The position numbers and the translations under genes are program-made. Positions 19,242-27,313 of a stretch of DNA of 38,478 bases are shown in pieces (positions within the stretch are counted from its first letter, which is position 1; each line of letters begins with the position of its first letter). A model generated the notes under the pieces. It made no database searches, was not told the origin of the DNA, and saw nothing but the letters and a program-made list of their open reading frames with translations. This stretch comes from Candidatus Methylomirabilia bacterium (GTDB taxonomy: Bacteria; Methylomirabilota; Methylomirabilia; Rokubacteriales; CSP1-6). The stretch covers positions 1 to 38,478 of the forward strand of contig JBGOVO010000003.1 of assembly GCA_041478145.1 (NCBI GenBank), written 5' to 3'.

Positions 19242-20181
19242 CCGTCGCCGCGCCGGCCGTCTCGGGCTTCGGGCGCCAGCTCTTCACCAGCTGCTCGCCG
19301 CGGGCGGTCTGCTCCGGCGTGAGCGTGGCCTTGATCGAGTCGCGCGCCTGACGCGCGGTATCCGCCTCCTTGCCGAGCAGGCTCAGCGCGGCGAGGCTGA
19401 ACCACTGGTAGGCGAGCACCGGATCGCGCTCGACGCTCTGCCCGTTGGCATAGCGCACCCCCAGGTTGAACTGCGCGAAGGCGACTCCCTGCTCGGCGGC
19501 CCGTCGATACCACTTCACGGCCTCGGGGTAGTCCTTCGCGACCCCGTCGCCATTGGCGTAGCGGAGGCCGATCTGATACTGCGCCGCCGCGAGCCCCTGC
19601 TCGGCGGCTTGCCGGTACCAGCGCGCGGCCTCCGCCGAGTCCTGGGGCACGCCCTCGCCGCTGGCGTACCGGAGCGCGAGCTGATACTGGGCGGCGGCGC
19701 CGCCCCGATCGGCCGCGCTGCGGAGCAGGAGCGCTTCGCGCGAGCCGTTGGGCCCGGCCAGGCGTCCCTCGTCGCGGAGCTGCTCGAGCGCCGCCTGCGC
19801 CGCGCGATTGCCCTGCGCCGCCGCGCGCCCGTACCAGTCGGCGGCCTCCCCATCGTCACGCTCCACGCCCCGGCCGAACGCGTAGAGAAAGCCCAGACGG
19901 AACTGGGCGTGGACGTCACCCAGCAGGGCGGCGCGACGGTACCACGCGATGGCTTCGACCGGGTCGGCCGGCCGGCCCTGCCCGCGCTCGTACATGAAGC
20001 CCACCAGGAACTGCGCGGCCGCCTCCCCGCGCTCGGCGAGGGGCCGCCACTCGCGGTAGGCGGCGGCATAGTCGGCCTGGTCGTAGGCGCGCCGGCCGTC
20101 CTCGAAGCTGGCCCAGGCGGGCCCGGCGGCCGGCAGGAATGCGAGCGCGGCGAGCGAGACGACGGAGAAGAGATCGCGCAT
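19225..20181 (-). CDS. Secreted Sel1-like repeat protein
   Basis: Signal peptide; repeated AQFxLGxxYxxGxGVxxDxxxAxxWYRxAAEQG. TAGAAT lies 7 nt before ATG 20181. Confidence 0.9.
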   Translation of the reverse strand: MRDLFSVVSLAALAFLPAAGPAWASFEDGRRAYDQADYAAAYREWRPLAERGEAAAQFLVGFMYERGQGRPADPVEAIAWYRRAALLGDVHAQFRLGFLYAFGRGVERDDGEAADWYGRAAAQGNRAAQAALEQLRDEGRLAGPNGSREALLLRSAADRGGAAAQYQLALRYASGEGVPQDSAEAARWYRQAAEQGLAAAQYQIGLRYANGDGVAKDYPEAVKWYRRAAEQGVAFAQFNLGVRYANGQSVERDPVLAYQWFSLAALSLLGKEADTARQARDSIKATLTPEQTARGEQLVKSWRPKPETAGAATATPRR

Positions 20182-20239
20182 CCCGGTCATTCTACGCGGC
20201 CGGGATGCGCGGCCGATCAGTCGTGGAGGCGACCCCGGC

Positions 20240-20521
20240 TCACCGCCAGCGGATCTGCACCTTGATCTTCGGGTACTCCGGCTCGCGGCCTTCCACGTCC
20301 ACGATGCGCAGCATCCCGTCACTGCTCTCGAGCAGGAGGTTGTTGTTGGAGAATCCCACCAGCTTCCCCCACGCCCGCGGGACGCCGGTCTCGTACTTGG
20401 CCGGGGTCTCGGCTCCCGCGGTGGAGGGACGGAGCTCCGAGTGCCACAGGTTGGCCGCGATGGCCACGAGGGCCAGGGCGATCACGGTGAGCACACCCTT
20501 GACGTAGCGATCCGCGAGCAT
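20240..20521 (-). CDS. Small hypothetical membrane protein
   Basis: GAGGAA RBS; DRYVKGVLTVIALAL TM helix. Confidence 0.7.
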   Translation of the reverse strand: MLADRYVKGVLTVIALALVAIAANLWHSELRPSTAGAETPAKYETGVPRAWGKLVGFSNNNLLLESSDGMLRIVDVEGREPEYPKIKVQIRWR

Positions 20522-20548
20522 GTATTCCTCCTGGCGCGAGGGCTCGGG

Positions 20549-21421
20549 TTAGAGCAGGCCGGGCACGAAGGCGTCACGCCCCCGCACGTAGGTGGCCTGG
20601 CGCTGGGCCGCGTTGCGATTCACCAGCGGGCGCATGTACATGGGGTGGGTCGCGCACCGAACCTCGTGCTCGAGCTCGGACAGCTGCTTGCCGCTGTCCG
20701 GGTCCACGATCACCTGGAACCGGTACTGGTAGGGATTGCTCTCCTCGGTGACGAGGCCACGCTCCACGAGCCACGCGTGCGGGCCCGAGAAGTCGGCGAT
20801 GTAGATCGCGACGTGGTGGCCATCGTAGGACGCGATCGGGGCGTCCGTCTCCCGGAACACCAGCTCCTGCCGGTAGCCCACGCTCACGTGGGCGGCGGCG
20901 CCCCGGTCGTCCTGGCTCACGGTGGCGGTGGCGGCCAGCGCTCGCTCGTAGAAGCGCGCGATGCCCGCGGCCGCGCCGCGCCCCACCGGCACTTCCACGC
21001 GGCCGATACCGAGCGTGACGTCGCCCCACTCGGGCCCGGGGCCCACGCAGCGGAACTGGTTGCCCCACGGGCACGTCACCGCCACGTGCTTGTCGCGCAC
21101 TTCGTACGCGAACGCGGTGCCCGCGAGCGGCTCGCGCACCGCGGCCAGCCGGCGCGTCAGCGCGTCGAGATCCGGCACCACGAGCTCCACGTGCCCCTGC
21201 ACCACCTGGGGCTTGGCGGTGGGCAGGTGGAACTGGGTCTGCCCCGCGTTCGCCCACATGTTCTCCACGCTCACCATCAGGTAGGGATCGCGCGTCAGCC
21301 CGAGCCCGGCGATGTAGAAGAGCGTGGCCGCCTGCTGATCCGGAACGCGCACGTTGACGTGCTCCAGCAGCAGGACGTTACCGAGGTCTTGTTCCCGCCG
21401 ATCGTAGGTCATCGCCGCCAT
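20549..21421 (-). CDS. VOC/glyoxalase-like two-domain protein
   Basis: LEHVNVRVPD...FY..GLGL, QFHLP, CPWGNQF, FYERAL, HHVAIY; GAGGAGG RBS. Confidence 0.75.
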   Translation of the reverse strand: MAAMTYDRREQDLGNVLLLEHVNVRVPDQQAATLFYIAGLGLTRDPYLMVSVENMWANAGQTQFHLPTAKPQVVQGHVELVVPDLDALTRRLAAVREPLAGTAFAYEVRDKHVAVTCPWGNQFRCVGPGPEWGDVTLGIGRVEVPVGRGAAAGIARFYERALAATATVSQDDRGAAAHVSVGYRQELVFRETDAPIASYDGHHVAIYIADFSGPHAWLVERGLVTEESNPYQYRFQVIVDPDSGKQLSELEHEVRCATHPMYMRPLVNRNAAQRQATYVRGRDAFVPGLL

Positions 21422-21461
21422 GGCCCGGGCCCTCCTCAGCCCCGCGGCCAAGCATACTACC

Positions 21462-21677
21462 TCATCGGCTCACCCGCACTCCTGCATTCTGGCCGACCTG
21501 GGCGTCGCCCTGGGCCAGCCACTGCCCGAGACGGATGAGGCCGGCCCCGAGGCGCGCACCCATTCCGCGACGGCGCGGCCTCGCCGCCGCGAGCGCCGCC
21601 ACCCGCGCGGACTCGGCCCTCAGCTCGGCCAGCCGCACCGCGACCAGCTTCTCCGTGACGTACACGCCCAGGTCCAT
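21462..21677 (-). CDS. Small hypothetical protein (71 aa)
   Basis: AGGAGG RBS before ATG 21677; MDLGVYVTEKLVAVRLAELR...RLGAGLIRLGQWL amphipathic helix. Confidence 0.7.
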   Translation of the reverse strand: MDLGVYVTEKLVAVRLAELRAESARVAALAAARPRRRGMGARLGAGLIRLGQWLAQGDAQVGQNAGVRVSR

Positions 21678-21694
21678 GTCCGGCCTCCTGTTCT

Positions 21695-22099
21695 CTAGGC
21701 CGCCCGGCTGAGCCGACCGGCCGCCCGCGGGGATCCCGTGGCCATCCGCCGGAGCCCCGGCCGCACTGCCTGGGGCACCAGCACCAGCCGGAGCCGCGGT
21801 GGGTCCTGCCGGTCCAGCCGGCGGAAGAGATCGTGCGTGATCCGGGTGATGGCGCCCACGGTGGTCTCGCGCTCGAGGGGCAGCCGCATCGAGACGATCC
21901 ACTCGCGCGACCAGCTCCGCCGCACCACCGGCGCCGCCGCGGCGCCCAGCTCGCGGTGAATGGCGTCGGTCAACGCGATCTGCCGGGCGATGCGCTCCTC
22001 CCGGTAGTCGGCGATCCGCTGGGTCAGCGCGAGCAAGCCCCAAACCGCCAAGAATGGAATCAGCACGATCATGATCGTCGTCTCTATCGCTCCGCTCAT
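21695..22099 (-). CDS. Hypothetical protein with an N-terminal TM helix
   Basis: AGGAGG RBS before ATG 22099; hydrophobic IMIVLIPFLAVWGLLAL. Confidence 0.72.
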   Translation of the reverse strand: MSGAIETTIMIVLIPFLAVWGLLALTQRIADYREERIARQIALTDAIHRELGAAAAPVVRRSWSREWIVSMRLPLERETTVGAITRITHDLFRRLDRQDPPRLRLVLVPQAVRPGLRRMATGSPRAAGRLSRAA

Positions 22100-22138
22100 C
22101 GTGTCGTCCTCCTGTCGTTGTCCCGTGTGCTTCACCGG

Positions 22139-22168
22139 TTGAGACACCGGTGATCACGCGGCGTGAAA
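22139..22168 (-). promoter_or_regulatory. ECF-sigma-type promoter, copy 2 (TTTCAC-N17-GTCTCAA)
   Basis: Same boxes and same spacing as the copy upstream of the ECF sigma gene. Confidence 0.75.
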
Positions 22169-22194
22169 CGACGGGGACGGGCGCGGGCGGGTGG

Positions 22195-23160
22195 CTACGC
22201 GGACAGCGGATGCAGGTCGGGCCGGCAGGTGGTGCAGGGGGCGAACCCGGCGGCCTCCGCGCGCTCGCGCGCGCCGAACAGCGTGAGCGTGGACAGGGGC
22301 TGGGACATCAGCGACCCGCAGGTCGGCAGGCAGTATTCGCGCTCGCCGTTCATGAGCGTGTACATCGCCTCGCGGCGCACCTTGAAGTCGTGGTGCGAGG
22401 CGACGGTCCTCACACCCTCCACCGCGAGCAGCCGCTGCTTGAGATCGACGTGCTTGCCCGCGTAGCCGGTGAGCGCGCCGGTGCTGCCGATCACCCGGTG
22501 GCAGGGAATGACGATGGGCAGCGGATTCCAGCGCAGGGCCTGCGCCACCGGCCGCACCGCGGACGGCGCGCCGATGCGGGCGGCGATGCCCGCGTACGAC
22601 GTGACCGCACCGTACGGCAGCGCCGCGGTGGCCTCGAGCACGCGCCGCTGGAACTCGCTCCGCACCCGGCGCAGGTCGAGCGCCCAGTCGAGCCGCGCGC
22701 GCCGCCCCTCGAGATACTCCATCAGGTCCGCGCGCAGGCCTTCGGTGGCGGCGCGGTCCTCCACCGCGTCCTCGCCGAGCAGGCGGCGGACGTGGGCGGG
22801 CAGAGATCTCATGGCGGGGAGGTACTGCACGAGCGCCACGCCCTGCTCGGAGCGGCCGATGAGCACCGGGCCGAGCGGCGAGGGAAAGATCCCGAAGCCC
22901 ACCATGCGCGAGCGCACGTCGGCCAGGCGCGCCGCGAGCTGGGCCCGTGCCAGCGTCGCGTCGTCGCCGGGGAGCGGCGCGCGCCGCAGCGTGTGCACCA
23001 TGCCGTCGACCGCTCGATAGTGCCCGAGCTCCTCCCGGCAGGGGCGGCACCCGGCCACGTGCCCCTCGACGCGCTCCACGGCGGCCGGGCCGGCCTCCCC
23101 GATGGCCACGGCCAGGAGATGCGGCTCGATCGCTCGGCAGCTAGGAGGCGGCTTGCTCAT
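22195..23160 (-). CDS. zf-HC2 anti-sigma / methylated-DNA-protein-cysteine methyltransferase / Ada Zn-binding fusion protein
   Basis: N-terminal C...HVAGCRPC (ZAS); central SPLGPV, FQRRVL, YGAVTSY, NPLPIVIPCHRV, GYAG (Ogt); C-terminal YCLPTC...AEAAGFAPCTTCRP (Ada Zn). ATGA overlap with the sigma stop. Confidence 0.9.
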   Translation of the reverse strand: MSKPPPSCRAIEPHLLAVAIGEAGPAAVERVEGHVAGCRPCREELGHYRAVDGMVHTLRRAPLPGDDATLARAQLAARLADVRSRMVGFGIFPSPLGPVLIGRSEQGVALVQYLPAMRSLPAHVRRLLGEDAVEDRAATEGLRADLMEYLEGRRARLDWALDLRRVRSEFQRRVLEATAALPYGAVTSYAGIAARIGAPSAVRPVAQALRWNPLPIVIPCHRVIGSTGALTGYAGKHVDLKQRLLAVEGVRTVASHHDFKVRREAMYTLMNGEREYCLPTCGSLMSQPLSTLTLFGARERAEAAGFAPCTTCRPDLHPLSA

Positions 23161-23684
23161 GACTGGGAGTCCGTTCCCGCGGGGAGATGACCGTCGAGGC
23201 CTCGCCGGATCTTCCGGAGCGCCTGGAAGACGTGCGCGCGGGCGCTCTCCTCCGAGCAGCGGAGGCTCGTCCCGATCTCGGGGTAGTCCAGCTCGTGCAG
23301 CTTTCGCATGATGAAGGCCAGTCTCTGCTTCTCGGGCAATCCGTTGACCACCTGTTCGATCCGCGCCCGCGCTTCCTCCGCGATCACCCGCCCGTCGGCC
23401 CGCTCCGGCGCACCCATCGGCATCTCCATCGCCACCGCGGCGTAGGCCCGTCGCCGGCGCGACTGGCCTCGGAAGTGATTGCGGCCCAGGTTCGTGGCGA
23501 TCGTGAACAACCACGCCCGGACATTGGCGCCCGCCGGCAGCGCGCGGTACGCCCTGAACGCGCGGAGGAAGGTCTCCTGCGAGAGATCGTCGGCATCGCT
23601 CGCGCGAGCCGTGATCCGCAGCAGGTAGCGCCGGATCTCCGCGTGATGGGCCCCCACCACCGCCTCGAAGGCATCCTCTGCCAT
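23157..23684 (-). CDS. ECF RNA polymerase sigma factor
   Basis: Region 2 DADDLSQETFLRAF, RAWLFTIATN; region 4 LPEKQRLAF...YPEIG...SARAHVFQALRKIR. Start placed at 23684/23687, downstream of the promoter motif (the ORF extends to 23738). Confidence 0.93.
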   Translation of the reverse strand: MAEDAFEAVVGAHHAEIRRYLLRITARASDADDLSQETFLRAFRAYRALPAGANVRAWLFTIATNLGRNHFRGQSRRRRAYAAVAMEMPMGAPERADGRVIAEEARARIEQVVNGLPEKQRLAFIMRKLHELDYPEIGTSLRCSEESARAHVFQALRKIRRGLDGHLPAGTDSQS

Positions 23685-23695
23685 CACCCTGCCCA

Positions 23696-23725
23696 TTGAG
23701 ACCCCGGACCCCGGCGGCTGTGAAA
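23696..23725 (-). promoter_or_regulatory. ECF-sigma-type promoter, copy 1 (putative autoregulatory; TTTCAC-N17-GTCTCAA)
   Basis: Ends about 10 nt before the sigma start codon; duplicated at 22139-22168. Confidence 0.75.
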
Positions 23726-23742
23726 GGAGCTCGGCCATTCCG

Positions 23743-24735
23743 CTAACCGCGTGCCGGCTCGCGCTTCTTCGGGGCCGAGGCGGCCTGCTGCTCGCGCACG
23801 AAGCGGACCGCCACCACCGTGCTCACGGCCAGGCTCATGGCCAGCGAGACGAGGAGGGTCGCCCCCAGGGTCAGGAGCACCGCGCGCTGGGCCTCGAGGA
23901 TCTGGCGCACCGAGCCCGCGTACACGAGATTGACCCGCACGGTCGGCATGACCGCCTGGGTCACGAGCCATTCGTCCTCGTCGATGGTGACGAGGCCGTC
24001 GGCGTCCCGGAGGGCCAGCTCCTCGACGACCGGATGGCGTTTCCAGTCCTGCTGGGTGAGCTGGCGGGTCCGGCGGTCGAGGAAGATGGCCTGCTTGTCG
24101 CCGTCGATCATCACCAGCCACCCGCCGGGGCCGGCCGCGGCCTGCTCGATGGCCTCGACGGAGGCCTGCAGCCGGATGCTCCCGAGCAGGTACGCGACGA
24201 TCTCCTGCTCCATCCGGATCGGCACCGCCGCCCCGACGATGAAATCGCGAGTGGCCCGGCCGAAGACGACGCCGGAGACGGCGGGGCGCTGGGTGCGGAT
24301 CACCTCCTGCAGGAGCGGCCGGTCCGCATAGCGCAGGTCGAGGTTGGAGCTGCCATCGGGCGCGGTGAGCGGGCTGAAGGCGAGCGGCCGGCCGTCGGGC
24401 GCCACCACGAACAGCGTGGGCATCTGCAGCATCGCCCGCATCGTATCGATCTCGCGCTGGAGCGCGCGCGGCTCGTGGGAGGCCCAGCTCTGAGCCAGGT
24501 GGGCCGCCACCGGCACGAGCGCGTCGAGCCGGTCGCGCACCTGGGAGTCGGCGAGGTGCGCGAGCACGCGCACGATCTCCTGCCGCTGGGCGCGCGCGTC
24601 CGCGAGGGCCTGGGGCTTGAGCCGCATCGTCCACGCCAGCCCCACCACCATGAGGGCCAGGAACGACACCACCGCCCAGGTCGAGAGGAGGAAGAACAGG
24701 TGCGACCAGCGCAGCCCCACCCCCGGCAATCCCAT
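23743..24735 (-). CDS. Cache-domain membrane sensor without a cytoplasmic output domain
   Basis: TM1, LFVVAPDGRPL, YADRPLLQEV, PAVSGVVFGRAT...AAVPI, LVMIDGD, TM2, then only about 17 residues. Confidence 0.78.
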   Translation of the reverse strand: MGLPGVGLRWSHLFFLLSTWAVVSFLALMVVGLAWTMRLKPQALADARAQRQEIVRVLAHLADSQVRDRLDALVPVAAHLAQSWASHEPRALQREIDTMRAMLQMPTLFVVAPDGRPLAFSPLTAPDGSSNLDLRYADRPLLQEVIRTQRPAVSGVVFGRATRDFIVGAAVPIRMEQEIVAYLLGSIRLQASVEAIEQAAAGPGGWLVMIDGDKQAIFLDRRTRQLTQQDWKRHPVVEELALRDADGLVTIDEDEWLVTQAVMPTVRVNLVYAGSVRQILEAQRAVLLTLGATLLVSLAMSLAVSTVVAVRFVREQQAASAPKKREPARG

Positions 24736-24737
24736 AG

Positions 24738-24792
24738 GCGCCCGATGATACCTCGCTTGACAGGGCCACCGCCCCGCCGCATCATCGGGCGC
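24738..24792. promoter_or_regulatory. Divergent promoters framed by a perfect 12-bp inverted repeat
   Basis: GCGCCCGATGAT (24738-49) / ATCATCGGGCGC (24781-92); TTGACA-17-CATCAT on +, TATCAT on -. Confidence 0.55.
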
Positions 24793-24820
24793 GCAGCGTC
24801 CCGTCCCACCTGGAGGAAGC

Positions 24821-25237
24821 ATGGCCGACGGCGTCAAGATCGACACGGTGCGGTCCGGCTCGAGCGGCGTGCTCGGCCGCTCGCTCAACGGCGCGCGCCA
24901 TCAGCACTTCGTGCTCGATTCGCCCTCCGGGCCCAACGAGGCGATCACCAACGGCGAGGCGTTCCTGGCCGGCATCTCGTCCTGCGGCGTCACCCTGATC
25001 GAGAAGCACGCCCACGACACCGGCGTGCCCCTCGCGAGCATGGAGGTGGTGATCGAGGGCGTCCGCAGCGACGCGGCGCCCAATCGCTTCCAGGCCATCA
25101 ACGTGAAGTTCGCGCTGCGCGGCGTGGACCAGGCCCGCGCCGAGGCCCTGGTCGAGACGTGGCGGGAGCGCTGACCCCTCTACCGCACGGTCGCGGTGGC
25201 GACCGACGTGAAAGTGGAAGTCACCGCCGTTCCCTAG
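24821..25237 (+). CDS. OsmC-family peroxiredoxin-like selenoprotein (Sec at TGA 25172-25174)
   Basis: First Cys in AGISSCG. TGA sits exactly where the conserved second Cys (R-C-P) is expected. Readthrough gives PLYRTVAVATDVKVEVTAVP*, completing the fold. Confidence 0.85.
25188..25205 (+). other. Bacterial SECIS-like hairpin
   Basis: CGGTCGC-GGTG-GCGACCG; the G-starting apical loop begins 21 nt after the UGA. Confidence 0.65.
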
Positions 25238-25246
25238 CCCACACCA

Positions 25247-25282
25247 CCCCTTACCCTGCCCTCTCCCCTGAGGGGAGCGGGA
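25247..25282. repeat. REP-like palindromic element
   Basis: CCCCTTACCCTGCCCTCTCCCCTGAGGGGAGCGGGA; related copy at 31260. Confidence 0.75.
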
Positions 25283-25298
25283 TAGCAAGGAGATCGCC

Positions 25299-26393
25299 GT
25301 GAAAGCCGCCGTCCTCTACAAGGCCAATACCCCGCTCGAAGTCGTCGATCTCGTCCAGGAAGGCCCGCGCGGAGGCGAAGCCCGCGTCAAGGTCAAGGCG
25401 GCCGGCATCTGCCACAGCGACTGGCACATCATGAACGGGGACTGGACGCCGCCGCTTCCGATGGTGCTCGGGCACGAGGCGGCCGGCCTGGTCGAGGAGG
25501 TGGGCCCGGGCGTCACCAACGTCAAGCCCGGCGACCACATCATCTTCTCCTTCCGGCCCCACTGCGGCCGCTGCCTCTACTGCTCGATGGGCCGCTCCAT
25601 CCTGTGCGACGGCCACGCCTCGCCGCGCTGGGGCATGCTCGACGGCACCTTCCGGCTCAAGCGGAACGGGCAGGACATCTTCCAGATGGCGCGCATCGGG
25701 ACCTTCTCCGAGCAGGTCGTATGCCCGGCCGAGATGCTGGTGCCCATCCGCAACGAGATGCCGTGGCCGCAGGCGGCCCTGATGGGCTGCTGCGTGCCCA
25801 CCGGGGTCGGCGCGGTCACCCGCTGCGCTCAGGTGGAGGCGGGCGCCTCGGTGCTCGTCATCGGTTGCGGCGGCGTGGGGCTCAACGTGGTGCAGGGCGC
25901 GAAGCTGGCCGGGGCCGGCATCATCGCGGCCGCCGATCTGCTCGACAATAAGCTCGCCTACGCCAAGGACTTCGGCGCGACCCACACCATCAACGCCAAA
26001 TCAGAGAACGTGGTGGACCGCGTGCGCGCGCTGACGCAAGGCCGCGGGGTGGACTACGCCTTCGACGCCATCGGCGGCGAGGCCACCACGCTCCAGATCG
26101 TGGACGCCATCCGGCCCGGCGGCACCGCGGTGATCGTGGGCATGGCCGCGCTCAACGTGCGCGCGCCGATCACCCCCTACAACATGGCGCTCCAGGAGAA
26201 GGTCATCAAGGGCACGATGTACGGCTCGGTGCGCCCGAACATCGACTTCCCGAAGCTGGTGGATCTCTACCTCGAAGGCCGGCTCAAGATCGACGAGCTG
26301 GTGAGCCGCACCTACAAGCTCGACCAGATCAACGAGGGCTTCACCGCGCTGCGCACCGGCCAGGTCGCCCGCGGCGTGGTCGTCTTCAACTGA
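25299..26393 (+). CDS. Zn-dependent alcohol dehydrogenase (class III-like MDR)
   Basis: GICHSD, GHEAAG, CGRCLYC...C, GCGGVG, GQVARGVV. Confidence 0.93.
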   Translation: MKAAVLYKANTPLEVVDLVQEGPRGGEARVKVKAAGICHSDWHIMNGDWTPPLPMVLGHEAAGLVEEVGPGVTNVKPGDHIIFSFRPHCGRCLYCSMGRSILCDGHASPRWGMLDGTFRLKRNGQDIFQMARIGTFSEQVVCPAEMLVPIRNEMPWPQAALMGCCVPTGVGAVTRCAQVEAGASVLVIGCGGVGLNVVQGAKLAGAGIIAAADLLDNKLAYAKDFGATHTINAKSENVVDRVRALTQGRGVDYAFDAIGGEATTLQIVDAIRPGGTAVIVGMAALNVRAPITPYNMALQEKVIKGTMYGSVRPNIDFPKLVDLYLEGRLKIDELVSRTYKLDQINEGFTALRTGQVARGVVVFN

Positions 26394-27313
26394 GAACGGT
26401 CGCCCACGCGGCGGCCCGACTGCTGCTGCGGTCGCTGGGGCGGTGGCTCAACCGCCGCCCCGGCGGCCCCATCGCCCCGCCCGCGCCGCTCGAGGCGGTG
26501 CTGGTGGGCGACGACGCGCCCGCGGCCCTCGCCCGTCTGCTCTGCGGCCGCGACAACGCGGCGCGGGAAGCCGCTCTCCCCCGCTATCTCCAGTACCGCG
26601 GCATCGCCTTCTCGCGCCATCGCTTCACGCGCCCCGAGGGCCGCGGCGACACCTTCGCGGTCGAGCTGGGCGAAGGCCCGCGCGTCCTCGTGCTGTGCGC
26701 CCACCACGACGCGGTTCCCGGCAGCCCCGGCGCCAACGACAACGCGGCCGCCGTCGGCATCCTGCTGCACCTGATCCCGCGCCTGCCGCCCCGGATCCCG
26801 CGCGGCTGGCGCGTGCGGCTGCTCTTCACGGCGGCGGAGGAGCTCGACTACCTGGGGGCGCGCGCCTACGTGGAGGACGTGCCGCTCGACGGCGTCGCGG
26901 GCGTCCTGAGCCTCGAGCTGTGCGGCATCGGCGACACGGTGGCCCTCTGGGACGCGGAGGAGCCTACACCGTTTCTCGATAGCTTGACGGGGGCGCTGGA
27001 ATCAGCCGGGATAGCCCGCTCCGCGGGCTACGTTGTGGTGGGACGCATCCCGGTGTTCGGCGGCGATCACCGCGCCTTCGCCGCCGCGGGCCTGCCCGCC
27101 TATGGCTTCACCATGGTGCCGGCGGCCCACGCGGACTCGCTGCGCCGCTTCGTGCTGGGCCCCGTGCGCAGCTCGCTCCGGAGCCTGCTCCGGCGCCCGC
27201 CGCCCTTTCACACCTACCACACGAGCGGCGACGCGCTCGAGACGCTCGAGCCGGCCGCCCTCCATCGCGCGGCCGCCGCGCTCACCGCGGTGGTGGCGGG
27301 CCTCCGCGACTAG
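26390..27313 (+). CDS. M28-family metallopeptidase
   Basis: CAHHD, PGANDNAAAV, FTAAEELDYLGA, GDHRAF, YHTSGD. Start is CTG 26390 (overlapping the ADH stop) or GTG 26498. Confidence 0.85.
   Translation: MRTVAHAAARLLLRSLGRWLNRRPGGPIAPPAPLEAVLVGDDAPAALARLLCGRDNAAREAALPRYLQYRGIAFSRHRFTRPEGRGDTFAVELGEGPRVLVLCAHHDAVPGSPGANDNAAAVGILLHLIPRLPPRIPRGWRVRLLFTAAEELDYLGARAYVEDVPLDGVAGVLSLELCGIGDTVALWDAEEPTPFLDSLTGALESAGIARSAGYVVVGRIPVFGGDHRAFAAAGLPAYGFTMVPAAHADSLRRFVLGPVRSSLRSLLRRPPPFHTYHTSGDALETLEPAALHRAAAALTAVVAGLRD

Noticed and set aside
22195-23514. 439-aa version of the Ogt fusion
   Set aside because: The first ~118 codons overlap the sigma gene in another frame; ATG 23160 with an ATGA overlap is the credible start.
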